Shown: positions 24,011-37,009 of the stretch, one piece after another
How the letters are laid out: every line of letters begins with the position of its first letter
How positions within the stretch are numbered: the first letter of the stretch is position 1
Assembly (NCBI GenBank): GCA_951406725.2
Contig: OX597836.1
Coordinates: 434,001-498,000, forward strand
DNA from: Octopus vulgaris
Lineage: Eukaryota
DNA: 64,000 bases
Reading direction: 5' to 3'
Translations under genes and position numbers: made by a program
The notes under the pieces: model-generated
What the model was told of the DNA's origin: nothing
Databases searched by the model: none
Seen by the model: the letters and a program-made list of their open reading frames with translations, nothing else

Positions 24011-25210
24011 AGGATGAAAGAATGTGCTGAAAACAGCTTCCATCACATGCCAGGGGGAGAAACTACAAGTAGTTGATATCTTCCGGTACCTAGGTGACCA
24101 AGTCAGGAGCCGGGGTGGTTGCTCTGAGAGTGTAGTTGCTAGAATAAGAATAGCCTGGGCAAAGTTCAGAGAATTCCTACGTCTGCTGGTAACAAAGGGC
24201 CTCTTGCTCAGAGTAAAAGGTAGACTGTATGATGCATGTGTGCTAACAGCCATGCTACATGGCAGTGAAACATGGGCTGTGACATGTGTAGGCTTGAAAG
24301 AAATGAAGCTAGCATACACGACAGAGTGTAAACACTCTGAGAGAAAAGTTGGACATAAGAAGCATCGGATGTGGTGTGCAAGAGAGACAACTACACTGGT
24401 ATGGTTATGTCGTGTGTATGGATGAGGACAGCTGTGTGAAGAAGTGTCAAACCCTAGCAGTAGAGGGAACCTGTGGAAGAGGTAGACCCAGGAAGACATG
24501 GGATGAAGTGATGAAGCACGACCTTCAAACGTTGGGCCTCATGGAGGCAATGACAAGCGACTGAGACCTTTGGTGATATGCTGTTCTTGAGAAGACCTAG
24601 CAAGCCAAGTGTGTGTGTGTGTGTGTGTGGTAGGTCTGGTGATCTCTTTAAGCTTGATAGAAGTTCGTTTTATGTTATCTTTACTCTTGTTATTTATTTC
24701 ACATTTTCTTTTTATTTTCATGTCAAAAACTGGGACTGTTTTTCTCTATCTACAGTGATAGTATGTATACTACTAACCATGGCCTATGCCAGTGCAGCAT
24801 AACTGGCCCATTTATGAGTACCCTTTGAGAAGACCTGTTGAGTCAAGTGAAGTGATTGTGGTGGCCAGTGCCAGTGCTGCCTGACTGGCTCCCATGCCAG
24901 TGGCACATAAAAAGTACCATTTGAGCATTGTTGTTGCTAGTGCCGCCTAACTGGCCCCTATGCTGGTGGCACATAAAAAGCACCTTTCAAGCATGGTCAT
25001 TGCCAGAGCTGCCTGACTGGCCCTTGTGCCAGTGGCATGTAAAAAGTACCCACTACACTCTTGGAGTGGTTGGTGCTAGGAAGGGCATCCAGCTGTGGAA
25101 ATCTTGCCAGATCAGATTGGAGCCTAGTACAGCCTCCTGGCTTGCCAGTCCTCAATCAAACCATCCAACCCATGCCAGCATGGAAAGTGGACGTTAAACT
25201 ATGATGGTGA
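24011..25210 (+). mobile_element. 5'-truncated RTE-clade LINE with 3' UTR
   Basis: FRYLGD...ARIRIAWAKFRE...KGRLYDACV..AMLHGSETW...LHWYGYV...GRGRPRKTW, frameshifted. The UTR has three ~65-bp repeats and ends GGACGTTAAAC(TAT)GATG. Confidence 0.85.
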
Positions 25211-26279
25211 ATAAAATATCATCATTTAACGTCCTCTGTCCATGCTGACATCAGTTGGATGGTTTGACAGGGGCTGGCTGGGCAGAAGATAGCACCAAGC
25301 TCTGCTCTCTCTTTTGTAATGGCTGTTATGGCCAGATGCCCTTCCTAGCACCAACCACTGCATACAGTGGACTAATGTAATATACATATAGGTGCGGGAG
25401 TGGCTGTGTGGTAAGAAGCTTGCTTCCCTGCGCTTATGATGCTCAGTGTTTTCTTTGCACTTCTAGGAGTCGCGACACCAACGTTGTGAATTATTGAACA
25501 AGTGAAGCACAACTACAAAGTAAAACATTTGTTTTGGGATTCAGTGGGGGATTGTTGCTCATGTTTATTTTGTCAAACAACAAATCTCCACTGAGTTCCT
25601 GGCAAATTGTCTGCCTGTAGTTGTGTTTAAAGTCTCACTTAGCAGTGAGTAATGGGTTTTGGGGGCTTATCCCTCCTCCTATAATTGTGCTTATTTTTTT
25701 ACCAATTTTTGGTGAAATTGTGTGACTGTTTTGTGCCCTGGATTACTGAATTGGCCAGGAGTATCAGGACACGTCCAGAAGAATAGTTTGCTGTGTTTTT
25801 GAACTGTTTCTTGTCTTTTTCCTTCCTTCTTGCATTTTTTTTTTTGAACTCTGTGAACTTTTGTTTTTTGTGAACTTTTTCCAAAAAAATAAACATGTCA
25901 AAAATGATAGACAACAGTACGTTAGAGTAAGAGATTGTCTCAGCCAAACAGTGAATGAAAGACTTTGAAGAGAGGATGGTGGTGTTAAGGACTTACTCAA
26001 AGCCGCTTCACACCATCGCCCTCTTCCAAAAGACACAAATTGAAAAAGAGTTGGCAGAGTATTTGCCAACTATTAAATTCATCTCCAGTGGGGGTCAACC
26101 CCCTAAAGGTTCAACACCTCATTTGTGTTTTTAAAAAAGAACAATGTTATTGGGAAGTCACAATCGGGGGGCGTTGGCTGCTTCCCCCACCAACCATCTT
26201 TTTTTTTCATTCCATCATCTTTATTGTGTCTGTCCAGCCTGCAAAGCTTCCATCTGTATTATGCCTTTATGGCAAATGT

Positions 26280-26627
26280 AATGGAATTAAGGCTCTTGCT
26301 TACCAACCACATGGTTCTGGGTTCAGTTCCACTGCATGGCACCTTGGGCAAGTATCTTCTACTATACCCTCAGGCCAACTAAAGCCTTGTGAGTAGATTT
26401 GGTAGATGGAAACTGAAAGAAGCCTATTATAAGTGTGTTTGTCCTCCCACCATCGCTTGACAACTGATGTAGGTGTGTTTATGTCCCCGTAACTTAGCAG
26501 TTTGGCAAAATAGACTGATAGAATAAGTACTAGGCTTACAAAGAATAAGTCCTGGGGTTGATTTGTTCGACTAAAGGTGGCGCTCCAGTTTGGCTGCAGT
26601 CAAATGACTGAAGCTAATAAAAGAATA
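26280..26627 (+). mobile_element. SINE family A, near full length
   Basis: tRNA-like head (GGTTCTGGGTTCAG), central body and tail ...CAGTCAAATGACTGAAG. Confidence 0.85.
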
Positions 26628-27149
26628 TAGACAAGTTTCCATATTTTTCTCTACATATGTTTCCCCATTGTGGCTGTTTGCCATCTCTTCATTGGATGTT
26701 GCAAAGTGCAGTTGGATATGCTGAAGCACAATAAATCATTTCTTTTCATCATGCTACATAAATTTTCTGTTTCTATTTCTCTCTGTTGACTTCCTTCTCA
26801 ACATAAAAGTCTTGCCATCTGTCCTACTTCAGCCGTTTGATCTGTTTCATCCTAATGCTACAGAGAGTTGCCCTTAGGATCTTTTGTGATTATAGCATCC
26901 AATTACACTTGGAATATCCAATGCAGGAGTTGCAAACAACCATCAGGATGCAGAGATAATATCTTAACTTTTGGAACAAGAAAGCTCACCCTACCATAAT
27001 TCTTTTTTCTTATTTACAACATCTTAAAGATAAGAGACAGCAATTTGCAACAATCTTCTTTATCACCTTAAATCTGTCCCTCCTTAAGGATTTTCAGAAT
27101 GACTTTTTTAAAACTGAATCTTCTCTGGAGATCTACTCTATCACTCAGC

Positions 27150-28130
27150 AAGTGGATCCTTGAGAAATTTAGGGAAAAGAATGTTGCTGCCCAAGATACC
27201 AGCAAAGCTTTTTACCATATCTGACACTTGAAACTCCGAGTAAAGCTGCTTGTTGATACATTTTTTGGACTTGGAAGTTTCCTGTCAGACTACACCACCA
27301 CAACATGGTGTTGAAATTCTTTCTGATTGACTTTCTCTCAACCCTGGTACATTCCAGGTTTCAGTTCTCTTCCCCACACTCTTCTTCATACACATCATTG
27401 AACTAATTTCCTTCACCTCCAGCAAAACTCATTCTTTTGCATCTTCATTCTTCAATGACATTAGACATCCAAGCCTCATCCACATGGCACCTCGATACAT
27501 TATGCCTCATCACACCTGTGCACTGACATGTGACCAGGGACTTTGAGAAATATTCCTCTGTGGAGTCATGCCATCTTTTCACCTTCAACACCACAAAGAC
27601 AGTTACTACACACAGTGATTGTGTCTATGTCCAAAAAACATCTTCACCACAACTTCAATAGTGTCTGACTAAACCTCTCACAACCTCTACAGATGCCTTA
27701 CCATCACATATTTTCATTTGATGACTGCACATTCTCAACAGAGCAAAATGGCAGTACAGAGACTGGTCTTTCTCTTGAGAGCCAAAAAATACTTCAGGCT
27801 CCAACAACTGCTCTCTACAAAGCTCATGGGACTCCCATAATAAAGTAATGCATTTGTGACAAAGCTGCTCTTAGATGTTTTAGACCACAGCCAAAGAAAA
27901 GCCAGCTGACTGATCAGCAAGAACCTGTTCTCCATCTGTAGAAGTTTTGTCTTCTCTCTCTTCTTTTTCTATGCTAACTATTGTGGCCTCTGTTCCTCAC
28001 AGCTTGTTGACCAGCCTCATCACATCTTCATTCAGCTACTCCCTTCTCATTCTAACCTATGCTAACCAGTCTTTCCTGCTCAGAATTCCCTCTTTGCACA
28101 TATTTTTCTTGTACTCGTTGACTTGAAGGA
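27150..28130 (+). mobile_element. Decayed LINE reverse transcriptase remnant
   Basis: Degenerate motifs resembling D.SKAF...WH (27180-27230), G.PQGSVL.PTLF...IND (27345-27405), FNTTKT (27584) and RAKKYF...LYKA. Confidence 0.55.
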
Positions 28131-28227
28131 CCCATCAAGGCTGTTGGTTTAAAATGAATTTAAAAGAGGTTACAGGTTCAGCTCCACCGTCTGGACATTG
28201 ATTTTTATCAATGTTCTTCTCACGGCA

Positions 28228-28440
28228 ATCAGCTGACGCAACTGTTAGCACCTCAGGCAAAATGCTTTCTGACAGTTTGTCTGCCCCTACATTCTGAGTT
28301 CAAATTCCACTGAGGTCAACCTTGCTTTTCATCTTTCCGAGGGTTGATAAAATAAGTACCAGTTAAATATTGGGGTTGATGGAATTGACTAATTCCCTTT
28401 CTTCAAAACTGCTGGCCTTGTGCCAAAATTTGAAACCCAT
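28228..28440 (+). mobile_element. SINE family B
   Basis: CTGAGTTCAAATTCC...GTTGATAAAATAAGTACCAG...GCCTTGTGCCAAAATTTGAAACC. Confidence 0.8.
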
Positions 28441-28451
28441 ATCAATCTTGT

Positions 28452-28862
28452 TCCCTCTCTATCTTATTCTCCTCTTCCCTCTCTCTATCTCACTCTCCTC
28501 TTCCCCCTCTCTATCTCACTCTTCTCTTCCCCCTCTCTATCTCAATCTCCTCTTCCCTCTCTCTATCTCACTCTCTTCTTCTCTCTCTCTATCTCACTCT
28601 CTTCTTCTCTCTCTCTATCTCACTCTCCTCTTCTCTCTCTCTCACTCTCCTCTTTCTTCTCTCTCTCTCACTCTCCTCTTTCTTCTCTCTCTCTCACTCT
28701 CCTCTTTCTTCTCTCTCTCTATCTCACTCTTCTCTTCTCCCTCTCTCTCTCTCACTCTCCTCTTCTTCCTCTCTCTCTATCTCACCTCTTCCCTCTCTCT
28801 CTATCTCACCTCTTCCTTCTCTCTCTATCTCACCTCTTCCTTCTCTCTCTCTCTCTCTCTTT
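28452..28862. repeat. CT-rich polypyrimidine minisatellite (~25-nt unit CTCTCTATCTCACTCTCCTCTTC)
   Basis: Directly visible. Confidence 0.9.
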
Positions 28863-28909
28863 TCGTGCTACTCTTATTGTTCTCTCTTTATTTCTCTGAT
28901 CAAATCCAG

Positions 28910-29073
28910 GAAACTTGCCGGAAAGACCCTCTTTATAACAGGTGCAAGTCGAGGAATTGGCAAATACATTGCTATGAAAGCTGCCCGTGATGGTGCCAAT
29001 GTTGTTATTGCTGCCAAAACTGCTGATCCACATCCAAAACTGCCAGGAACAATCTATACTGCAGCAAAAGAAG
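28910..29073 (+). CDS. HSDL2: HSDL2 exon 2 (Rossmann TGASRGIG)
   Basis: CCAG|G AAA CTT..., KLAGKTLFITGASRGIGKYIAMKAARDGANVVIAAKTADPHPKLPGTIYTAAKE, G|GTAAC; 164 nt. Confidence 0.95.
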
Positions 29074-29589
29074 GTAACACCCATCCTCTGTCTCTCAGTT
29101 AAACTGTGTTTGTGCATATACATGCTTATATATATATATATATATGCACACACGCACACACACATATATATATATAAATGAACATATATATACACACACA
29201 AAAATATAAATGAACATATACATATATATACATACACACACAGAGATAAAAATATAAATGAACATATATATAACACAAATATATAAACATATATATATAT
29301 ATATATAAAACACGCATATAAAATTATATACGAACATCTATATAAATATATACATACCATGAGTATTGCAAAAGTAGGAACAACTTTTTTATCTGCCAGC
29401 ACAAGATGTTCCAATTGCACATATTCCTCTATACAAAGCTACAGCACAGTTTCCACTCCTATCCCAAGCAATGATGTTGTCCCATCATTGATCACAACTT
29501 CTTAATCCTTTTTGAAAATTCCAGGTATGCACCCTACTCCTACCCAGTTCTTCACAGTTATCTCTCACCTGTGTCATCAAGTTATTGTT

Positions 29590-30200
29590 CCTGAGTCATG
29601 CAGGTGAAAGTCGGAGAGATGCTGGATCCATGCTTTTTGGTGCAGGGGTGGATAGGGGAGAGGCACTGATCAGCCCCAATTTGCTGATTGCTTGATTTGT
29701 TGCCAAGCATTTGTGTGGTCATGCATTCTCATGGTCAGTATGAGATATTTTCAGATTCTTCTTTGATCGCTTCTTCCTAATGGCTTCTCTAAGCTTTTTA
29801 AGTGTCTCAATGTACCTCTCAATGTCCACAATACAACCATATTCCAGAAAATTAAAGAGAATGTTCTTGTAATCCTCCAAAACAGTCACCATGACTGTTC
29901 ATGTCAATCCCTGATCCCTGATCTTCTTCTTTGGGTCTGGAGACAAACTGTGACCCCATTCCATCCATTTGTTTTGGTATCATAAAGATATACCCTCATT
30001 TCATTCCCTGCCACCAAGTCAGAAGAAAACTTGTCTTCATTAGCTTCAAATGCTTCTGGCTGACCAGAGCAGACTATCGTCCTTCTGTCCATTAAATCAA
30101 ATGTCCACTGCCGCCAAAGTAACTACTGTCCAGTCCCCAATCAGCCACTGTCTTCTCTAATAATCTCTGACCACAATTCAGTTGTGCAGTAAGCTTATGG
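29590..30200 (-). mobile_element. Tc1/mariner transposase remnant
   Basis: - strand LVAGNEMRVYLYDTKT (cf. IVTGDETWVYHYDPET), plus decayed HDNARPH-like and YSPDLAPSDFHL-like motifs. Confidence 0.65.
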
Positions 30201-31625
30201 ATTATAACTTGTCTGTCTGCAAATCATTTCCTTCACCCTCTGTCAGTTCCTGTCTATGGTCACTGTTGGATTGTCTCCCAATGCATTGTAGCTTAGTTTT
30301 CTCTATTATTTGCAATCTTGCACCATTTTCCCCAAAGGATGCTCTGGTTTCTATTTCTCATTGCATCTTAAAATGATATAAAATATTGATAATCAATCTT
30401 AAGCTCTCCAATGTTTATTTTCCTTGAAAAGTAATCAAACGATTGCTTTAATATTGACAATTTGCTCTACTTGAAAAGCAAACGATTAATTATTCCCTCT
30501 AAAATTTGATACCACCATTAATTGTTGCTACTGTTTTAATTATCCATTGCATCTCCTTGAGATAATTTATCAATTGAATATCAAGCCAGTGTATTTGGTA
30601 AAATTTGGTAACCTGGTTCCTTAGTGACTCATAAATATTTCCTTTGAATCTCAACAATTGGTGTTTCTTTATTCTGCCTCATGTTGGGGATTCTAATGTT
30701 TAATGTTGTAATACTTTATATTAGTTCTAAATCTGGTCAACCAGCAACAAGGAAACTACACTGAATCTCTTTCATAATACTTGTTATATTTATCCTGTCT
30801 TTCTGTACATCATCTGCTTTGTGAACTATTAGCATCATTGATTATAGATTTCCAATCAATCGCTCATTGCTTCATTGCACTTTTGGTTGTAAGAATGACA
30901 AGAGAGTGTCTGCGTAACTCTGGAATTATGCCACAAGATATTTTTGTTTAATGTACAAAATTAGTAGCTGTTTCTTGTTGATATATTTTTTACTCCCGCA
31001 TTTTCTCTCTCTCTTGCATACACACACACACACACACACACGTGTGTGTCATAGGCAACAGCTTTTCTCCCAATCATGTTGTATTGAAGACAATCTTATG
31101 TTCAAATTCCATCTTTTTGAGGAAAGAGACTTTCCATATTTTCTTAGAAGTTATTTATGTTTAATGTGTAGCACCAATTCTTTGCATGTTTGCCAATCTT
31201 TCCTGATTTTCCTGATTTTATTTCTTCAATGAAATGCTTAGAACGTTAGGAATAAAATTGTTCCAAATTCAACATAAAGGACTAAAAATAAAATCATTTA
31301 TATGTTTATGAAATGTTTTTGTGTAGCTTCCATTTATTAAATTTCCCCAAACCTCAATCAATCAGTCAAACTGAGTTTATAATAGAATACGCTACTTGTC
31401 CCCCCCCCCTCCACCATGGTACCAAGCTGTGTGATTGATCCCAAGACCGCTTCTTGCTAAAGAAACTTCTTAATCACGGAGCCATGCCTGTTTGTGTAAA
31501 ATGTGTGTAAAGGATCTCAGGAATGCTCCAGGGTCCTTAGATCCAATACCAGGGATTTAGTATTATCGACAAACTTGCGCAGAACAGCAAACTTCTAAAA
31601 TCTAGTTTCTTTTTGTTTCGTCCAG

Positions 31626-31839
31626 TTGAGGAAGCTGGCGGTAAAAGTCTGCCATGTATTGTTGATATCCGTTACGAAGACCAAGTGCAGAAAGCTGTGG
31701 ATGAAACTGTGAAGAAATTTGGAGGCATTGATATCCTTGTAAACAATGCCAGTGCCATTAGCCTTACTGGAACTCAGCAAACACCAATGAAGAAATTTGA
31801 CCTGATGATGGGCGTCAATGCCAGAGGAACGTACCTTTG
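31626..31839 (+). CDS. HSDL2: HSDL2 exon 3 (NNAS motif)
   Basis: CCAG|TT GAG..., EEAGGKSLPCIVDIR...GGIDILVNNASAISLTGT...MGVNARGTYL, TG|GTTTG; 214 nt. Confidence 0.95.
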
Positions 31840-32299
31840 GTTTGTATTCTCTCTCCATCTCTATCTCTAGCTTTCTCTGTCAACCTTGCTCTCTCTCTCT
31901 CTCTCTCTCTCTCTGTCTGTGTGAGAGAAAGTAAATCATCGTTGCTATTATGCAAAAGTGTCATAAGTCCCAGATGTTGCTTTTTCAGAAAACAAAAAAA
32001 TTATTTCACCATTCCATAACAAAACCGTTCTACTACACTTTGACAACGTTTGACCAAAATTAAATATTGAAAAAATGCATTTGGCCAAACGACAGTTTAA
32101 CATAATAACAATGTGAGATATATATATATGTAATCGTTTATCCTTTGTTTTCAGTCATTGGACTGTGTCCATGCTGGGGCACCATCTTGAAGGGTTTAAC
32201 CAAACAGGTTGATCCCAGTATTTATTTGTTTTTAAAACCTGGTACTAATTCTATCATTCTCTTTTGCTGTACCACTAAGTTATCCCCATATATATATAT

Positions 32300-32830
32300 A
32301 TATTGCCCTTACCTGCCCTCTCTCCTTCCCCCAACCACATCCCCTTTCCTCTCCTCCACCCTACCTCTTTGTCAGAAGATCCTGCAGGCTTTCTGTTGCC
32401 TCCAGCTACATCCCACCACACGTCAACACATACACACTCAGCCCCACCAACCCATTCGCACACCTGTCGCTAATAGCTGCTCACCTCTCAGAGTGATATT
32501 AATACACACGCACAGATCCTACCACACACATATACTACCACACACACTCTTCTCTCCCAGAATGTACTTTATCTTCCTCCTTCTATTTCTGGTCACTTCA
32601 GTAATTCAACTTCACATGGACTTTTGGTGCTGTTTCCCCCCTCCCCCCTTCCTTCTTTCCCTTTGGACTTTCCTGTTTTTCCTATTTCCAACAAAAAGCT
32701 ATGCTCGAAACGTAAAACAACTCTCTTCTTTCTCCGAGCGTCATATTAATACATTGCTTGTGCTATACATCCTCACATTTGTTTCTTCTTTTAAATTGAC
32801 TTTAAATATAAGTATAAATATTTTTATATA
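32300..32830 (+). mobile_element. Decayed Penelope-like remnant ending in a degenerate hammerhead motif
   Basis: 32620-32800 is homologous to 63745-63915 and contains AAGC-TAT-GCTC-GAAA-CGTA. It is flanked by TA runs. Confidence 0.45.
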
Positions 32831-33156
32831 TTAAACTAAACAATTGATAGCAAAGGCAACGTATTAGTGTCTGCTTTATTCAGCACGACAACCATTTCGG
32901 TTTACATCTGAAGATGTCAGCTGAAATGATCATCAAGCTGAATAAAGCTTACCCCTTACTTTGTCTTTCCTATCAATTACTTAAAATATACTAAACGTAC
33001 ACCGAGGAATTCCTTATGTAGATCCTGCAACTAAAGAGCTGTACTGTGGATGACGCCTGGTAACCGTCAAGGCACACTGCTAGGGACATACCCCAAACAA
33101 GGTTTAGACACTACATTTTAAAGTCTTCTATTTAAACTTTAATTTCAAACATAACC

Positions 33157-33189
<33 letters not shown>

Positions 33190-33704
33190 GTATGTATATA
33201 TATAATGGGATTCTGTCTGTATTTATGTTATATAGATGTGTGTGCATAGTCAGCCTGTTCTGTGTATTTTACTGTATTCTTGTCTTCTTTTGCCTTTTTT
33301 ATACTCTGTTGTACACAATTTTACACACATACATGTACGTGGTGTGTGTCCGTCCTCTTTCTTTTGAATATTACAAGTTCCACTGGTTGTAGTGAAACTG
33401 AAAGTGTCTGCTACAGAACAGTTGTTTTGTATTTTAATAAACTTTAGAATGAATTGTTGCAATGTAACCTTCTCTGTGGTATCAAAGCTGAAGGCAGTCA
33501 TCTAAGATGTTACTTTCTCTGTAACACCATAACTAATGTGTAGTCTGACACATTTACACTGACATTTATCTGTGTTGATGGAAATATGGGAAAATCTTTC
33601 ATCTCTAAAGTTAATTGCTTCAAAAAAATTTTAAATTTTTTCCATCGTATTTTGTTTTCTAAATTTTTATTTTTATTTATTGTATGATTCTTTCTTGTTT
33701 CCAG

Positions 33705-33808
33705 CTCCAAGGTTTGTATCCCTTACTTGATGAAGTCGGAAAACCCTCACATCTTGAATCTTAGCCCTCCACTAAACATGAACCCGAAATGGTTTACCAA
33801 TCATGTGG
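33705..33808 (+). CDS. HSDL2: HSDL2 exon 4
   Basis: CCAG|C TCC AAG..., SKVCIPYLMKSENPHILNLSPPLNMNPKWFTNHV, G|GTACG; 104 nt. Confidence 0.95.
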
Positions 33809-34949
33809 GTACGTATCCCTACTTTGTTGTGGCTGTAGTACTCTTGGTCCACTCTAATTTCAGCCAACCTACCATCAATGCTGCTTTAGTTATAGCCATA
33901 CCATCTGGATGGTGCTTGATGTCAGAAAAGATGGAATGGCCATAACTAAAGCATATAACTTATAAGTTAGCAAGATGTGATTGAAGGAAGATAAGGATTA
34001 TTATGTGTCTGCATATTTCAAGGACATTTCTTTATAATATCCATCCAATAAGATATCGTAGGTGTTGCCTGTAGATTCTTTCACTACTTATTCTCTTCAT
34101 GACCTCTCATCTAACTCATGAATAATTGTATCAGTCATAGGTGTTTTCTCTCCTATAAACCTGCTTTGTGCCTGCATGTCTATCTGTTTATGTCTATTTT
34201 ACTTTTTCTTATTTGTTATAAGATTAAAATACTTATCCTTGTACATGCGATTCAGCCATTTGATGATTCTTATGTATAGACTTATTTTATGGATTTCCAG
34301 TTGAACAGTTTTACATTTACTCTTATAGTATTTCCCTTAATTCTCTCGTTATCATCTACTAATAGCAACCTGCACATTTACTTGTGGGTTTTACATGTAT
34401 CTGTGCTCCTTTGGTAGCTATGAACTTGTAATGTAATTTATGTACAACAAATAAGGTAACCAGACAACTGTAAAACAATCTAACAAACTGACAAACCTCT
34501 TTACGAACTAACAATCAATATTCCTTGTGAACTAACCGACACATCCCGCTGGAAACTAAACATGAACTTCACTCAACTCTGAACCTCACTTGGATCATTA
34601 CTGTTTATACTTTATTTGGACCAGTCTATCTCTTGCAAGGGGGTGTTGTAACTACCGTCACAACAGAACTTATCTCCGTTTACCAGACGTAAAAGCTAAT
34701 GTGCTTGCGTAGAAAACCAAAAGTATGTGGTGTGTGTGTAATTTTGTGTGAAAATATGGACAGGTATATGCTGTTATTTCTATACGCAAGGAACAATTGA
34801 AATATTTGTATAAATGGTTGTGCAAGAGTAGTACATGTGTGTAGACTTGTATATGTGTAAGTGTGTCTGTGTACCAGTATTTATATTAGAATAGAAATTA
34901 TGTAGGATATATATTTATCTCTGTATACATACATTTATAGAAATGCAAA

Positions 34950-35310
34950 TTGGCTGAGTTCCTTTCGAGTGTTGGGCCTCACGGAGGCAAAGTGGTTGAG
35001 TTCCTTTTAGCATTGGACCTCACGGAGGCAATAGCTGAGACCTTTGGCTTTATGTCGTGCTTAAGAAGACCCATCAAACTGAGCAAAATCGCAGTCATGG
35101 CAGATACCAGTGTCACACAAATGGAACCGGTGCCAGTGGGACATAAAAGCACCCGTTACACTCTGAGTGGTTGGCATTAGGAAGGGCATTCAACTGTAGA
35201 AATCATGCCAAATCAGACTGGAGTCTGGTGCAGCCTTCCAGCTTATCAGCCCTGGTCAAACTGTCCAACCAATACCAGCATGGACAACAGACTTAAAATG
35301 ACGATGATGA
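34950..35310 (+). mobile_element. RTE-LINE 3' UTR-derived element
   Basis: Matches 24530-25210 (GAGACCTTTGG...GAAGACC...AGGAAGGGCAT...GTCCAACC...GATGATG). Confidence 0.75.
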
Positions 35311-35821
35311 CATGAATATGTATACATGTGTGTGTGTGTGTGAGCGTAAACATGGTGGATGACAGGTGAGGATTCAGCAATTTGTTGCCAAGCAACCTCC
35401 TGCCTAGAGGATTTGTTTTCAGTGATCAAATGTCCGTGCCACACATTGGCTCGTTCTCTCCATCAAATCAATTCAGTTATTTAATTGATATTATGAGCAG
35501 TTGCCTCTGTTTTGCATTTTGAACTTCTACAATGAAACAGCATGGATTTACTTTTTGTCATCTTTGACAGCTGAAAATATACAAACAAAACCATTGTTTT
35601 AGTGCCATTATCCTTACACTAACCTTATGTGGGTGGAGTGAGAATGAGTGCACTCAAACCGAAATACTCAATCGAGTATTTCCTCTTCTTAAAAGTAACA
35701 CAAACACCTTTTCTTGATGAACTTCATTGTTTTCTCTTTGTTCATCTTGAAATTGTATTTCTTTTGGGTAAAACTCTTTACACTTTATGTGGACCAAATA
35801 TTCTTCTCTGTTCTTTCACAG

Positions 35822-35923
35822 CATACACCATGGCCAAATATGGTATGTCTATGTGTGTTCTGGGAATGTCTGGTGAACTACAGTCTCATGGAATTGCTGT
35901 GAATGCCTTATGGCCCAGAACTG
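35822..35923 (+). CDS. HSDL2: HSDL2 exon 5 (catalytic YxxxK)
   Basis: ACAG|CA TAC..., AYTMAKYGMSMCVLGMSGELQSHGIAVNALWPRT, G|GTAAG; 102 nt. Confidence 0.95.
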
Positions 35924-35976
35924 GTAAGATTATCTTCTCTCTCACCTTCATTCGCTTTCTCTCTTCCAATCTTTGT

Positions 35977-36010
<34 letters not shown>

Positions 36011-36094
36011 TTCTCATTAGTTTCAAAATGTCTCCTTCTCTTCTCTCGTGTAGCATGTGTCTACACACACACACCAGTGAAATTCAATAATAAT

Positions 36095-36300
36095 CCTTTC
36101 TACTATAAACACAATGCCTGAAATTTGTGAGGTGGGGATAAGTTGATTGCATTGACCCCAGTGTGTAACTGGTACTTATTTAATTAACCCCAAAAGGATG
36201 AAAGGCAAAGCCGACCTCATTGGAATTTGAACTCAGAATGTAAAAACTAATGAAATACTGTTAAGTGTAGTGCCTGGCGTGCTAATGATTCCACCAGCTC
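36095..36300 (-). mobile_element. SINE family B
   Basis: Reverse-complement match to the 40413 copy. Confidence 0.8.
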
Positions 36301-36309
36301 ACTGATTGA

Positions 36310-36350
<41 letters not shown>

Positions 36351-36799
36351 TTCCTCCAATATAAAAGCTGACTGGTTGTTTGATTTATCCTTTCTCGTTT
36401 TATAATGTTTAGAGAGAGGAGGAGGAAGAGTGAAAGAGAGATGCAGACAGTTAACTTCTTGGGAGAGAGAGGAGGAGGAGCATCTCTTCCACCCAAACTA
36501 TTTTGATTTTTATTACTTTCTGAAAAATATGCATTTTCAATGAAACTTCACAGGGATAAGTTTTTCTTGGTGAAGTAAATTGTGATTTTGTTGATAATAT
36601 AAAACTCATAACATTTATTGCAAATATTCAAATGAGAAATTTTTGTTTAATTCAAAGAGAATAAATATTTTTCTTTTGAAAGTTAGTTTGCATTTCATCA
36701 TTTTGTAAAAGCACCGAGAAAATTGGTAGAAGTTAAACTAAAATTATCAGATGCCATATTTCCATGTATTACCCCATGGTGGCAAAAGTACCAAAGTTA

Positions 36800-36826
36800 C
36801 CTATCATATGATAGGCAACACACTAG
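36800..36826 (+). mobile_element. Helitron-type 3' terminus
   Basis: Perfect palindrome CCTATCATATGATAGG followed by CAACACACTAG. Confidence 0.45.
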
Positions 36827-36961
36827 CATGTGTGTGTGTCTGTGTGTATATATGTATATTAAACAAAATAACAAAGCCCAGGCTGTGAGAAGTTTTTAGG
36901 ACACTTACAAGGAAAAAGATATATAGTCTTACAGCTGTTTTCTGGGATACTGTGGATATCC

Positions 36962-37009
<48 letters not shown>

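Noticed and set aside
28370-28990. 206-aa and 159-aa Ser/Leu-rich ORFs
   Set aside because: They arise from the CT minisatellite; the true exon 2 is in a different frame.
32040-32100. - strand CUGUCGU..GGCCAAA/UUUGGUC-AAACGUU
   Set aside because: Too many core changes (no G12, A6 or A9) to support a ribozyme call.
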